DNA from: Nitrososphaeria archaeon
GTDB taxonomy: Archaea > Thermoproteota > Nitrososphaeria > JACIWG01
Length of the DNA: 64,000 nucleotides
Assembly: GCA_050011875.1 (NCBI GenBank)
Contig: JBEKIG010000012.1
Location: forward strand, 1-64,000
Reading direction: 5' to 3'
The notes beneath the pieces are model-generated. The model was not told the origin of the DNA, did not search any database, and was given only the letters and a program-made list of their open reading frames with translations. A program made the position numbers and the translations under genes. Shown in pieces: positions 27,885 to 37,179 of the stretch (positions are counted from its first letter, which is position 1; every line of letters begins with the position of its first letter).

Positions 27885-30108
27885 ATGCCAAGATATAAGT
27901 CTACTACGGAAGCATTAAAGATAATAGGCAACAAAGATCAGATTCGAAAGGCCTAGAAATAACAATTCTAGCCCGAATTATCTGGGCGTTGTTGCTCACG
28001 TAGACCACGGTAAAACGACAATGAGCGATAGCCTCCTAGCCGCATGCGGTATGCTCAGTCCTTCCCTCGCTGGGCAAGCGCTAGCTCTGGATTATATGGA
28101 CTTGGAACAACAAAGGCAGATGACCATCAAAGCAGCAAACGTCACACTTTACTATGAGCAAGATAATGTTCCATATGTTATTAACCTTATCGACACACCT
28201 GGTCACATCGACTTTACCGGTAGAGTTACGAGAAGTTTGCGCGCAATCGACGGTGTTGTTGTTGTTTCTGATGCAGTTGAAGGCGTAATGACGCAGACTG
28301 AAACCGTTACTAGGCAGGCTTTAGAAGAGAGGGTTCGTCCTGTACTTTATATTAATAAGATTGATCGATTAATCAAGGAACTTAAGCTTCCACCTGAAAA
28401 GATGCAGGCTTGGCTTGCGAACATTATTAACGATTTTAATAATCTGATTGATATATATGCTGAGACCGAATATAAAGATAAGTGGAAGGTTAGCATACAA
28501 GATAGCAGCGTCGCTTTTGGTTCAGCAAAAGACAGATGGGGCTTCAACTTTACGACCACTCAGAAGAGAAGTGTAAAATTCAGCGATATCTACAAGGCTT
28601 ATGAAGAAGGTGATATGAAAACTCTCTCGGAAAATTTTCCGTTACACGAAGCCATTCTTTCAATGGTTATTAAACATCACCCACCTCCACATGTCGCTCA
28701 ACGATATCGTATTCCAAAAATATGGAAGGGTGACCCGGATTCTGAAATCGGTCAATCGTTGGTTAACTGCGATGAAAAGGGTCCGATCGTAATGATGGTT
28801 ACAAACGTTGTAGTGGACCCTCAAGCCGGAGTCGTCGCCGTTGGAAGGCTGTTCTCTGGAACAGTTCATGATGGTGATGTAGTATACCTGCACGACGCTA
28901 AGACTCAAGCGAGGATACAATCGGTTAACATGTTCATGGGTCCTTTTAGAGAACTCATAGGTGTCTTAGGTTCTGGCAATATACCTGCTCTGCTAGGACT
29001 GGACGCCGCCAGGTCAGGAGAAACGGTTTCCTCAGTCAAAGATATAACACCATTTGAGGTGATAAAGTACGTTTCCGAACCTGTTGTCACAATTGCTGTT
29101 GAGCCAAAGTTTCCGCGTGATCTACCTAAATTGATTGATACCTTAAGAAGAATCTCTATCGAAGACCCAAACCTCGTCGTCAAAATCAATGAAGAAACAG
29201 GAGAAATGCTGATGGCCGGTATGGGTGTATTACATCTTGAAATCGCAACCACTCTCATACAACAGGCAGGGCTTGAAATTGTGACGACTGAACCTTTGAT
29301 TAACTATCGTGAGACAATCACAGGTTCAGCAGGTCCAATCATGTCCAAATCACCTAATAAACATAACCGCATCTTCATCAAAGTAGAACCCCTTACCCCT
29401 GAAATAATTGAATTAATCAGGAATAACACAATCAACGAACAGCTTGATAAAAAGACGGTGGCCAAAATATTAAGAGAGCACGGCTGGGACGCAGATGAAG
29501 CGAGGAATGTTGTTTTAGTTGATAACAAAGGAAACATATTCGTTGACGCAACTAAGGGTGTACAATTTATGCAAGAGTCAATAGATTCGATAAAGGTTGG
29601 TTTTTCGAATGTGATGGAGAATGGTCCTTTAGCGCAGGAAGCGTGTAGAGGCATTAAAGTTATACTTCATCACGCAGAATTTCACGAGGATTCAGCACAT
29701 AGAACATATGCGCAGCTTCTACCGGCTTCTAGAAGCGCAATATTGGGTGCAATGCTCCTAGCGAATCCAACGCTTCTCGAACCGATATTAGGTATCGAAG
29801 TCAAAGGAAGCAGCGATCTTATAGGTGCTATCGCAGGTGTTATTTCAGGTAGAAGAGGAAGAATGCTTGATGTCCAACAAAAGGGTATTCTGACGATAAT
29901 CGAGGGCGTAATTCCTGCATCTGAAACATTCGATCTTAGTGAAGCTATGAGGGGAGCTACGGCAGGTAAAGCTATGTGGAATACCCATTTCAAAGAATGG
30001 AATATAGTTCCCCAAAGTCTATTACCGCAGTTAATCGTATCAATCAGGAAGAGGAAGGGTCTAAGCGAAACGTCACCTACAGCGGATGAGTTCATCGACA
30101 AAGAATGA
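27885..30108 (+). CDS. fusA: Translation elongation factor aEF-2, join(27885..27948,27980..30108), 730 aa after splicing
   Basis: Exon 1 MPRYKSTTEALKIIGNKDQIR, junction N, exon 2 LGVVAHVDHGKTT...DTPGH...NKID. The ORF-track start at 28021 lacks the G1 motif. Confidence 0.93.
27949..27979 (+). other. 31-nt bulge-helix-bulge intron in EF-2 mRNA
   Basis: CAGA/TCTG exon helix, TTCG/CGAA 4-bp central helix, AAA and TTA 3-nt bulges, GGC+TAGAA intron stem. Removal restores the frame. Confidence 0.85.
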
Positions 30109-30386
30109 TCATCCATACCCTTTTCCTATGTTTTCTTCCTCAGCATTCTTCCACTCCTTTAGAAAGTTCTTTAATATTCTAGTTGACTAACTATCGACTA
30201 AGCTGATAATCCTTATCTTGCCGAATCTTTTTTGCATTATTAATCCATTTCTTCAAGTTCGATTAGGTACTTTATTGCTAATGGATAGGCTATTTGCGTT
30301 CTTCTCAAAAGCGCAGAAATATTAATTTCTTCTTCCTCTAATAGTATTTGCAATATCTTAGACTTTCCACTGCTGCAGAAGGATTC
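30109..30386 (-). pseudogene. Winged-HTH regulator pseudogene
   Basis: FCSSGKSKILQILLEEEEINISALLRRTQIAY...LEE / GLIMQKRFGKIRII, with a 1-nt frameshift near 30248 and an in-frame TAG. Confidence 0.7.
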
Positions 30387-30394
30387 TTATTAGG

Positions 30395-30670
30395 CCAGAA
30401 TTGGGTATATTTTAGAGGTTCCGTGTTATATTTTTTACAAGTTACATCATATTCTGCTCTAATTCCTTTGATGTAACCTTTTCTCCAAAGTTCTCCTTTT
30501 AGCATCTTCGATAATGATAAGAGTATGAACTTCCCGTGATCATCTAAATAGCTCAGTCCTCTTTTCCAATCCTTGATATTAGGTCTACAGTTTCACTTTT
30601 TACTGCAAAATATGTTAGGGCTCGGCACTCAAGATCTATCTCATGAAAGATCGATGCCGTTTTTCCTCAT
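30395..30670 (-). pseudogene. Remnant of a Cdc6/Orc1 gene (C-terminal winged helix)
   Basis: LSYLDDHGKFILLSLSKML...EYDVTCKKYNTEPLKYTQFW. The AAA+ domain is absent. Confidence 0.6.
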
Positions 30671-30741
30671 CGCCCTACAAAAATATATTTAATAACTAAT
30701 TTATAGACGTTTGTCTTGGAACCAAGCAGACAGGCGATGAT

Positions 30742-31161
30742 ATGGTAGAAATAAATCTAACTGTACATTTGGATAAAGTAAGGTATTTTCTCATAGATAG
30801 CACATGTCGCTCTTTCATGCCTATTAGTTATCTTAAAGATCCAGAAGTCTTTCCCGAAAAAGAGAACGGCCCAGGATCGATATACATCGAAGCTGTTGAT
30901 AAAGTGACCTTAACCAAAATTCAAGATATCACATTTGTTGACGCCAAAGATATTTTAGGAATCATATACGTATCAAAAAGTGGTAATACTAAGTTGAAGT
31001 GGAGGCAGATAAGGGGGAGGATGGGGAAACTGATTGGTAAGGCTTCCACGAATTCCTTGGTCAACTTGGTAGAATCTGGGATTTTATCAGTTGATCAGGT
31101 AAGGACTATTGTCTCTAAACAGGAGGAAGAGTCGCCCTCTGAGCCTCCAAAGGAAGTTTAG
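30742..31161 (+). CDS. Conserved hypothetical protein (thaumarchaeal-type)
   Basis: Clean 139-aa ORF with upstream TATA. The ILGIIYVSKSGNTKLKWRQ motif is recalled from Nitrososphaeria proteins. Confidence 0.75.
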   Translation: MVEINLTVHLDKVRYFLIDSTCRSFMPISYLKDPEVFPEKENGPGSIYIEAVDKVTLTKIQDITFVDAKDILGIIYVSKSGNTKLKWRQIRGRMGKLIGKASTNSLVNLVESGILSVDQVRTIVSKQEEESPSEPPKEV

Positions 31162-32086
31162 TCCATCTCATAAATTCTTCGCTTGGTCTTTCATTTTGAT
31201 AAAGTTCTTCACGCTTTGCCTCCAGCAGTAGGTTTGGCTTATCTTGATATTCCGCAAAGGTTTGCACTCTGTTTCCAAATTTTTTAGCCTTCCTGTTTAA
31301 TTCTCTTACAAAGTCTAATGTTCTAAGGTCTCTTAGGAGGTGATGGTCAAGTATCATCAGCTTCGTCTCTTCTATAAGTCTACTAAGATTTCTTTTCGCC
31401 TGCTCAATATTTTCTTCATTTACGTTGCTTAGGTAAGTTGGTGGTCCCCCTATAATTAAGACATCGGGTTTCTCTTTTAAAATAAAGTCAAGCGTTTTAT
31501 TCGATATTGGACCTTGGACGTCTGATGCGTGTATAAAAGTTAAGTCTCTACTTCTGAATATTGTTGCTAGAACATATCCTAGTTTGCTGCCCTCTTCTCC
31601 ATGATACAGTGGTTCACTGAATTGGATCGTAGTTCCTCCATAGTAAAAGCTCCTGCCATCTGCCTTGTAAACCATTTTGGCGACATTTTTGAGTAATTTA
31701 GAGAAGATCCATCCCCTTCCTTTCTGACTATAATTGATGGAGGACTTAAAATCCTTGATGTATACTATTTTGTTTGAATACACTTCCTCTGCCACTTTCT
31801 TGTCGCACCAAGTCCACTTGGTGTCCAAAGTGCTGAAAAACGGTGAGAAATGATCATAATGATAATGAGAAATGACTACCACATCACTTTTTGCTGCGTA
31901 GTAAGCTATCTTTTTCTTAGCCTCTCCTAGAGCCTTATATTCTAATGTATGAGGGAGTAAACCATTCCTTGGACCTAGAGCTGCACCCGCATCTATTAGA
32001 ACTTTGATATCAGGTGTTTCTACATATGTTGAGGTAGACCTGACTCCTAGGCTTTCAGCGCATAGTGGCTTGACTAGTATTTTCAA
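31115..32086 (-). CDS. Metallo-beta-lactamase-fold hydrolase (UPF0282)
   Basis: AESLGVRS, SHYHYDH, HASDVQG, DHHLLRD. Confidence 0.88.
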   Translation of the reverse strand: MKILVKPLCAESLGVRSTSTYVETPDIKVLIDAGAALGPRNGLLPHTLEYKALGEAKKKIAYYAAKSDVVVISHYHYDHFSPFFSTLDTKWTWCDKKVAEEVYSNKIVYIKDFKSSINYSQKGRGWIFSKLLKNVAKMVYKADGRSFYYGGTTIQFSEPLYHGEEGSKLGYVLATIFRSRDLTFIHASDVQGPISNKTLDFILKEKPDVLIIGGPPTYLSNVNEENIEQAKRNLSRLIEETKLMILDHHLLRDLRTLDFVRELNRKAKKFGNRVQTFAEYQDKPNLLLEAKREELYQNERPSEEFMRWTKLPLEAQRATLPPV

Positions 32087-32159
32087 TCAACGGAGGGTAT
32101 TAAATGGTAAAAGATTAATTTTTATTTCTAGGTAAATATAGTGGTGATGGTGAAAAAGC

Positions 32160-32489
32160 ATGGTATTAGTTAAAGTATTCAGAATAACTAGCTACAGTGC
32201 CCCTGATACAGGAGCTCAAGGAAAACAGATAGAGCTAGTTGAAGTAAAAAGACAACCGGTTATGGGCCAGCAATATGGCGATGATACAACTCGTGTTACT
32301 CAATCAATAATATCACAGATACAGTCTATGGGTATCTTTCCTCCCATGCCAAAGGAGATCACATATCCTAAAGTCATCCTCTTTCTTACCGAAAATGAAT
32401 TTGATCAGCTTCAAGTTCCGATGAATGTGAACGATACCTACGAAATGACTTTCGAAAAAGAAAGGATGATATTTAAGCTACCTGAGTAA
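32160..32489 (+). CDS. Arcadin-1-like protein
   Basis: GKQIELVE...Q-rich middle...PKVILFLTENEF...VNDTYEM pattern recalled from arcadin-1. Confidence 0.65.
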   Translation: MVLVKVFRITSYSAPDTGAQGKQIELVEVKRQPVMGQQYGDDTTRVTQSIISQIQSMGIFPPMPKEITYPKVILFLTENEFDQLQVPMNVNDTYEMTFEKERMIFKLPE

Positions 32490-32500
32490 AAAAATAACAT

Positions 32501-32574
32501 GCGGCGTTGATCCAGTGGCCAAAGATGCCAGCCTCCCAAGCTGGATAGCCCGGGTTCAAATCCCGGACGCCGCA
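32501..32574 (+). tRNA. tRNA-Gly(CCC)
   Basis: GCGGCGT...CCAGC-CT-CCC-AA-GCTGG...GGTTCAAATCC...ACGCCGC-A. Confidence 0.95.
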
Positions 32575-32874
32575 TCTCCGAATGGAATACTTTCGATCAA
32601 ATTGCTATGATTTAAGAATAAATGCTTGTACAGAAACTGTTAGAAGAAAGTTATAGGAAGCAAACAATCAGGAAAGGACTAACTGATATCTTGTCGTTAT
32701 AGAAACTGGCTTTTCTATAAAAACTTTCTACAGAATTATTTTATTTGAATTTGGCGTATTTTTCTGGGTTTTAACGTTTGTAAGCGCTATAAAAAACAAT
32801 TTAGCTAAATCGCCTCTATACAACGTTTTCTTTTTATACCCGTCACCTCGGTTTCTATGAATAGGTGATATATC

Positions 32875-33306
32875 TTGGGGATGGTCAATATCTCTGAAAA
32901 AAAAGAGGTTAAAAGGGAAGCTATCGCTGAAGGTAAAATAATTTTAAAGCCTGAAACAATAAATTTGATCAGAGAGAAGAAGATAGAAAAAGGTGACCCC
33001 CTACAGATATCCTTGGTCACTGCTACCAATGCTGTCAAAAGAACTCCCGAACTCGTACCTTTTTGTCATTTTATTTTACTGGAAGATATTAAGGTTAGCT
33101 TTGTTGTAGATAATTTCTCTATCACCGTCAGAGTAAAGGTGAAATCGACTTCCAAGACAGGTGTTGAGATGGAGGCTCTTTCAGGTGTCTTAAATGCGCT
33201 TTTGAACATTTGGGACATCGTCAAAAAGTATGAAAAAGACGACTCTGGGAATTATCCATTCACTTTTATAAAGGATGTTCGCGTAATTAGTAAAGTGAAG
33301 GGTTAA
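32875..33306 (+). CDS. moaC: Cyclic pyranopterin monophosphate synthase MoaC
   Basis: MVNISEK, KGDP, VPFCH, TGVEMEAL. Confidence 0.93.
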   Translation: MGMVNISEKKEVKREAIAEGKIILKPETINLIREKKIEKGDPLQISLVTATNAVKRTPELVPFCHFILLEDIKVSFVVDNFSITVRVKVKSTSKTGVEMEALSGVLNALLNIWDIVKKYEKDDSGNYPFTFIKDVRVISKVKG

Positions 33307-33830
33307 TGAAGAGTTATGAAATTCATAGGGCTTCTGCTCCCTCTAAAATACGATGTTCCGTAGTGACCGTTAGTACTTCGAGGTATATTGAAGCTTCTAA
33401 AGGCCACAAGTTAGACGATGTGTCCGGTCTGAAGATTGCCGAGAAGTTGATGAAAAATGGGTATATCGTCGCGTCTAGGAAGATAGTATCAGACGATATT
33501 GGCATGATTAGAAAGGAGACATTGAGGTCAATTTACGAGGAGGGCTGTAGCGTGGTGGTTCTAACTGGTGGGACAGGTGTAGCATCATCAGATGTGACTG
33601 TTGAAGCTTTGTCATCTCTTTTTGATAAGGAGCTTCCCGGATTTGGAGAAATATTTAGAGCGCAAACTTTCTTAAAGGCTAAGGGTGTAGCCCTAATTTC
33701 TAGGGCAAAAGCGGGAATAATCGCCTCTTCTATCGTTTTTTGTCTGCCAGGTTCGCCTGATGCAGTCAACACAGCTCTGGACATAATGGTCGACGAATTA
33801 CCGCATATAGTGAAACATGCTCGTGAATAA
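33306..33830 (+). CDS. moaB: Molybdopterin adenylyltransferase MoaB/Mog
   Basis: VVTVS, DVSG, TGGTG, DVTVEA, PGFGEIFR, LPGSP. Confidence 0.9.
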   Translation: MKSYEIHRASAPSKIRCSVVTVSTSRYIEASKGHKLDDVSGLKIAEKLMKNGYIVASRKIVSDDIGMIRKETLRSIYEEGCSVVVLTGGTGVASSDVTVEALSSLFDKELPGFGEIFRAQTFLKAKGVALISRAKAGIIASSIVFCLPGSPDAVNTALDIMVDELPHIVKHARE

Positions 33831-33832
33831 GT

Positions 33833-34747
33833 ATGTTGTTGGATCTGTACAACCGTCCAATATATAATCTGAGAATTTCGGTTACCTCAAAATGTAATCA
33901 GGATTGTTTCTATTGCCATTCTGAAGGGGTTATGAACAAAGAAAATGGAGAAATGTCAATCGACGATATCGTTATGATAGCTAGGCTGGCCGCTTCGTAC
34001 GGTGTAAAGACAATAAAGTTGACAGGCGGCGAACCTCTTTTAAGGAATGATATAGTAGAAATTGTGAAATCTCTTCGAGACATTGAAGCCTTTTCAGAGA
34101 TATCAATGGTGACAAACGGTCAGCTTTTAAAAAAGTACGCTTTGAAACTGAAGTCTGCAGGGCTGAAGAGAGTTAACGTTAGCCTTCCTACCTTGAATGA
34201 AAAAAATTATAAAGAAATAACTGGAGAAAGTTTAAAACCTGTTCTTGATGGTATAAGTGAGGCTTCGAAAGCAGGTCTTGATCCAATTAAAATAAATATG
34301 GTGCTGCTGAAAGGCATTAACGAACATGAAATCGATTTTATGATATCATACTCTGCAAAATCTAGTACGGTATTGCAGATCATCGAACTTGAACCGGTAG
34401 GAATATCGTCGAAGCTTTATTCCAAATATCATGAGCCAATTAATGTCTTAGAGGAAAGATTGGCTAGCATGTCAAAGGCTGTATATTTTAGAGATGACAT
34501 GCATAAGAGGAAGATATTTGAACTTGATTCAGTAAAGGTTGAAGTGGTTCATCCAATTGAAAACACTGAGTTTTGTTCACATTGCAATCGGCTTAGGGTG
34601 ACGTACGACGGCTCCTTCAAACCTTGTTTGATGCGTTCAAATAATCAAATTGACGCCAAAAAGTACCTAGACTCTAAAGACTATGATGGATTAAGATATA
34701 CGTTTCTTCAAGCGGTTATGATAAGGAAACCATTCTGCACAGCCTGA
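33833..34747 (+). CDS. moaA: GTP 3',8-cyclase MoaA
   Basis: LRISVT, CNQDCFYC, TGGEP, FCSHCNRLR...KPCL. Confidence 0.94.
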   Translation: MLLDLYNRPIYNLRISVTSKCNQDCFYCHSEGVMNKENGEMSIDDIVMIARLAASYGVKTIKLTGGEPLLRNDIVEIVKSLRDIEAFSEISMVTNGQLLKKYALKLKSAGLKRVNVSLPTLNEKNYKEITGESLKPVLDGISEASKAGLDPIKINMVLLKGINEHEIDFMISYSAKSSTVLQIIELEPVGISSKLYSKYHEPINVLEERLASMSKAVYFRDDMHKRKIFELDSVKVEVVHPIENTEFCSHCNRLRVTYDGSFKPCLMRSNNQIDAKKYLDSKDYDGLRYTFLQAVMIRKPFCTA

Positions 34748-34749
34748 TA

Positions 34750-35082
34750 TTAAGAGCTCATAATATAGCTGGCATAATTTTCTTCGCTTTTTAAACAATC
34801 TTTGCAGAGACACAGTGTGGATGAGTTGTAATAATCGCATTTATTATTATATTCACAAGTTCGGCAATCTACTTCTTTCAAACAAATGGCACATTTTTTG
34901 TATATGATGACATCCTCTTTTAAAACTTCTGTCAAAAACGTTACAAGGAGTTTCTTGTTAGTTCCATCATAAATCAGCATTCCCTTTGATTTATCATATT
35001 TTAAACCCAAGGACATTAATGTTTTAAAATCGTCCGTGCCAACATATGGAAGTCTAAACCATTCTCCTTCAAGTATTTCCAT
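34750..35082 (-). CDS. Cys-rich (8 Cys) putative Zn-finger protein
   Basis: CAIC-x5-CRTC-x5-C-x8-CLCKDC; coupled to rfcL. Confidence 0.75.
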   Translation of the reverse strand: MEILEGEWFRLPYVGTDDFKTLMSLGLKYDKSKGMLIYDGTNKKLLVTFLTEVLKEDVIIYKKCAICLKEVDCRTCEYNNKCDYYNSSTLCLCKDCLKSEENYASYIMSS

Positions 35083-36287
35083 CAGCCCTTCACCTTTTTC
35101 TCGAAAAATGAAATTACGCTGTCATCAAAACCCATACGCCCTAGATAGCTTAGAACAGTTCCTTTATCTTTTCTAGCTAAACTGATTAGGCATGGTAGAT
35201 AATACAGCGAAAACTCTCCCTCAGAGATGTGGTACTTCTGATTAATTCTCTCCCTCATACCTTTAAACACTCTTAATTCCGTCCAATACTTTAGTTTCAG
35301 ATCCCAGATAGGTTCCTGCTCAGAGTATCTGAACCCTTGTCCAATATCTAATGTACGAAATCGTCCAACGATTATTCTATCATACCATCTTAGCATCCTC
35401 CACTCTTGTGTGCTCTCCAATCTTCTCTCAAAAACGTCTACGTCTGCTATTGCCTTCAACCCAGCTTTCCTCTGTCCTTTTTCAAGGTAAGATGCCAAGA
35501 TCGAATAGAATAAGATTTGTAGTTTTTCTCTGGCGTCAGCATCTATTTTTGAGAATTTGTTATACGCTTCCTCAAATGTCTTCTCTTGGAATAATGCGAG
35601 TGCCGCATCCTGTCTTGAGATAACTGCATCCTTTAATATTTTCATCGGTTCTACCGTATCTGGTACCTTTATTACACTCTGGAGGAGATTTATGGCTGCT
35701 CTAACATCCCCACTGCTCTTTGCTGCGACCTCGCTGAGCAATTTGTCGCTGACGCTAATTTTTTCTAGGTTAGCAATATGTTTTAAGTACATGGCAATCA
35801 TTCTTAACGGCACTTTCTGAAAGGATATCACGATAGTTTTCTTAGAGAGTTTTATAACACTCTCATTTAGGATGTCGTTTGCTGTTAACACTATCGGAAC
35901 AGGCGGTTTTTCCAAGAGCTGGTTTACGTATTCTGTTCCCCCATAGTCTTCTCTTCCATATATTCCGTCTACCTCATCAAGTAGGACCATTCTCTTTTCA
36001 TCAAAGAGATCTGAGGTGTAGAGAGAGTTTCCAAGCTTCTTATTAAGATTCTCCCTCGTTCTTATGTCACTTGCGTTAAGTTCTATGATGTGATATTTGA
36101 GTTCACGAGCTGCTGCATATACCGATGTATTTTTTCCGGTGCCCGCTTGGCCTACTAAGAACACAGCTTTGTCTCCTATCTTCCAGTTCTTTAGCCAGTT
36201 GTAGAAGGACTCCCTTGCCTCCTCATTACCGATGATCTGGTTAAATTTTATGTTCCTATATTTTTCTGTCCACATCTGCGCCGCCAT
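35082..36287 (-). CDS. rfcL: Replication factor C large subunit
   Basis: WTEKYR, GQAGTGK, ELNASD, DEVD, GDVRAAIN. Confidence 0.9.
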   Translation of the reverse strand: MAAQMWTEKYRNIKFNQIIGNEEARESFYNWLKNWKIGDKAVFLVGQAGTGKNTSVYAAARELKYHIIELNASDIRTRENLNKKLGNSLYTSDLFDEKRMVLLDEVDGIYGREDYGGTEYVNQLLEKPPVPIVLTANDILNESVIKLSKKTIVISFQKVPLRMIAMYLKHIANLEKISVSDKLLSEVAAKSSGDVRAAINLLQSVIKVPDTVEPMKILKDAVISRQDAALALFQEKTFEEAYNKFSKIDADAREKLQILFYSILASYLEKGQRKAGLKAIADVDVFERRLESTQEWRMLRWYDRIIVGRFRTLDIGQGFRYSEQEPIWDLKLKYWTELRVFKGMRERINQKYHISEGEFSLYYLPCLISLARKDKGTVLSYLGRMGFDDSVISFFEKKVKG

Positions 36288-36288
36288 G

Positions 36289-37179
36289 CTATCGAATCAC
36301 CATTTTTTCGGCAATAAATGCTATGAAACCAAGCAGCATTCCAATTAAAGCAAATTTTTTAACACGATATACATTTGCGCTCGAATAATTTTTTAGTATT
36401 GAGTAAGAGAGATAAACAAACAGTGCGTCAGGAACCATCACCATGGCCAAATACAGTATCCCTGCTTGTTTTGAGAGGTAAGGTCCAAAGGTGGAAAACA
36501 CCGCCAGGATAAAAAGAGTTGCACCAGCTCTAGCAGAATTTTCTTCTCCAATGGAATGAGTTATCGATTTGACTCCTCTTGTTCTATCCCCTTCTGCGTC
36601 AGATATCGTTTTTATGACTTCTCTCCCTGTAACAGCTAAAAAGGACACTATAACAGCCCAGAGAAGCAAGGAAGATGAGCCTAAAAAAAATGTGCCTTGA
36701 ATAGTTGGAACCACAGCAGCTGAGACCACGCTACCGTAGATGTAGGGAATCGAGGTTGAAAGTGCGACCGTCAGATTTCCGATAATTCCCTGTTTCTTTA
36801 GATAGAAGTTGTAAAACCAAGATATGAATCCAAATACTACAGTGATAATGAATCCTGTCAGGCTTGTTAATAATGAGAATACTATGCCGAGAAAAAGTAA
36901 TGTTATAGCATAAGCCCAAGCTACAGAAATTTTTATTTCACCTTTGACAAGAGGTCTATTCAGCCGATTAACACGGTCAACCTCTATATCATAAATATCA
37001 TTGACTACCATCGAGAAACTTGCGACAAAGAAGCCAGTTAAAAAACCAAAAAGAGTTTTCCATACGAGAACCGCCTGCAAAGAAGTAAGAATGACACCGA
37101 TAATTACGGCCGCGCCTACCATAACGCTATTTGTAGGCCTGATCATCTTAAAGTACGTGTTTAAACTAATTTTCTGCAT
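36289..37179 (-). CDS. Digeranylgeranylglyceryl phosphate synthase (UbiA family)
   Basis: IRPTN, NDIYDIEVDRVNRLNRPL, REVIKTISDAEGD. Confidence 0.88.
   Translation of the reverse strand: MQKISLNTYFKMIRPTNSVMVGAAVIIGVILTSLQAVLVWKTLFGFLTGFFVASFSMVVNDIYDIEVDRVNRLNRPLVKGEIKISVAWAYAITLLFLGIVFSLLTSLTGFIITVVFGFISWFYNFYLKKQGIIGNLTVALSTSIPYIYGSVVSAAVVPTIQGTFFLGSSSLLLWAVIVSFLAVTGREVIKTISDAEGDRTRGVKSITHSIGEENSARAGATLFILAVFSTFGPYLSKQAGILYLAMVMVPDALFVYLSYSILKNYSSANVYRVKKFALIGMLLGFIAFIAEKMVIR

Noticed and set aside
27947-27980. Programmed frameshift or sequencing error as the cause of the EF-2 break
   Set aside because: The lesion is a 31-nt structured insertion with in-frame stops, not a 1-nt indel or slippery run, and canonical BHB cut sites restore the exact conserved residues.
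28021-30108. ORF-track 695-aa EF-2 starting MSDSLL
   Set aside because: It would lack the G1 P-loop. The true N-terminus is upstream, across the BHB intron.
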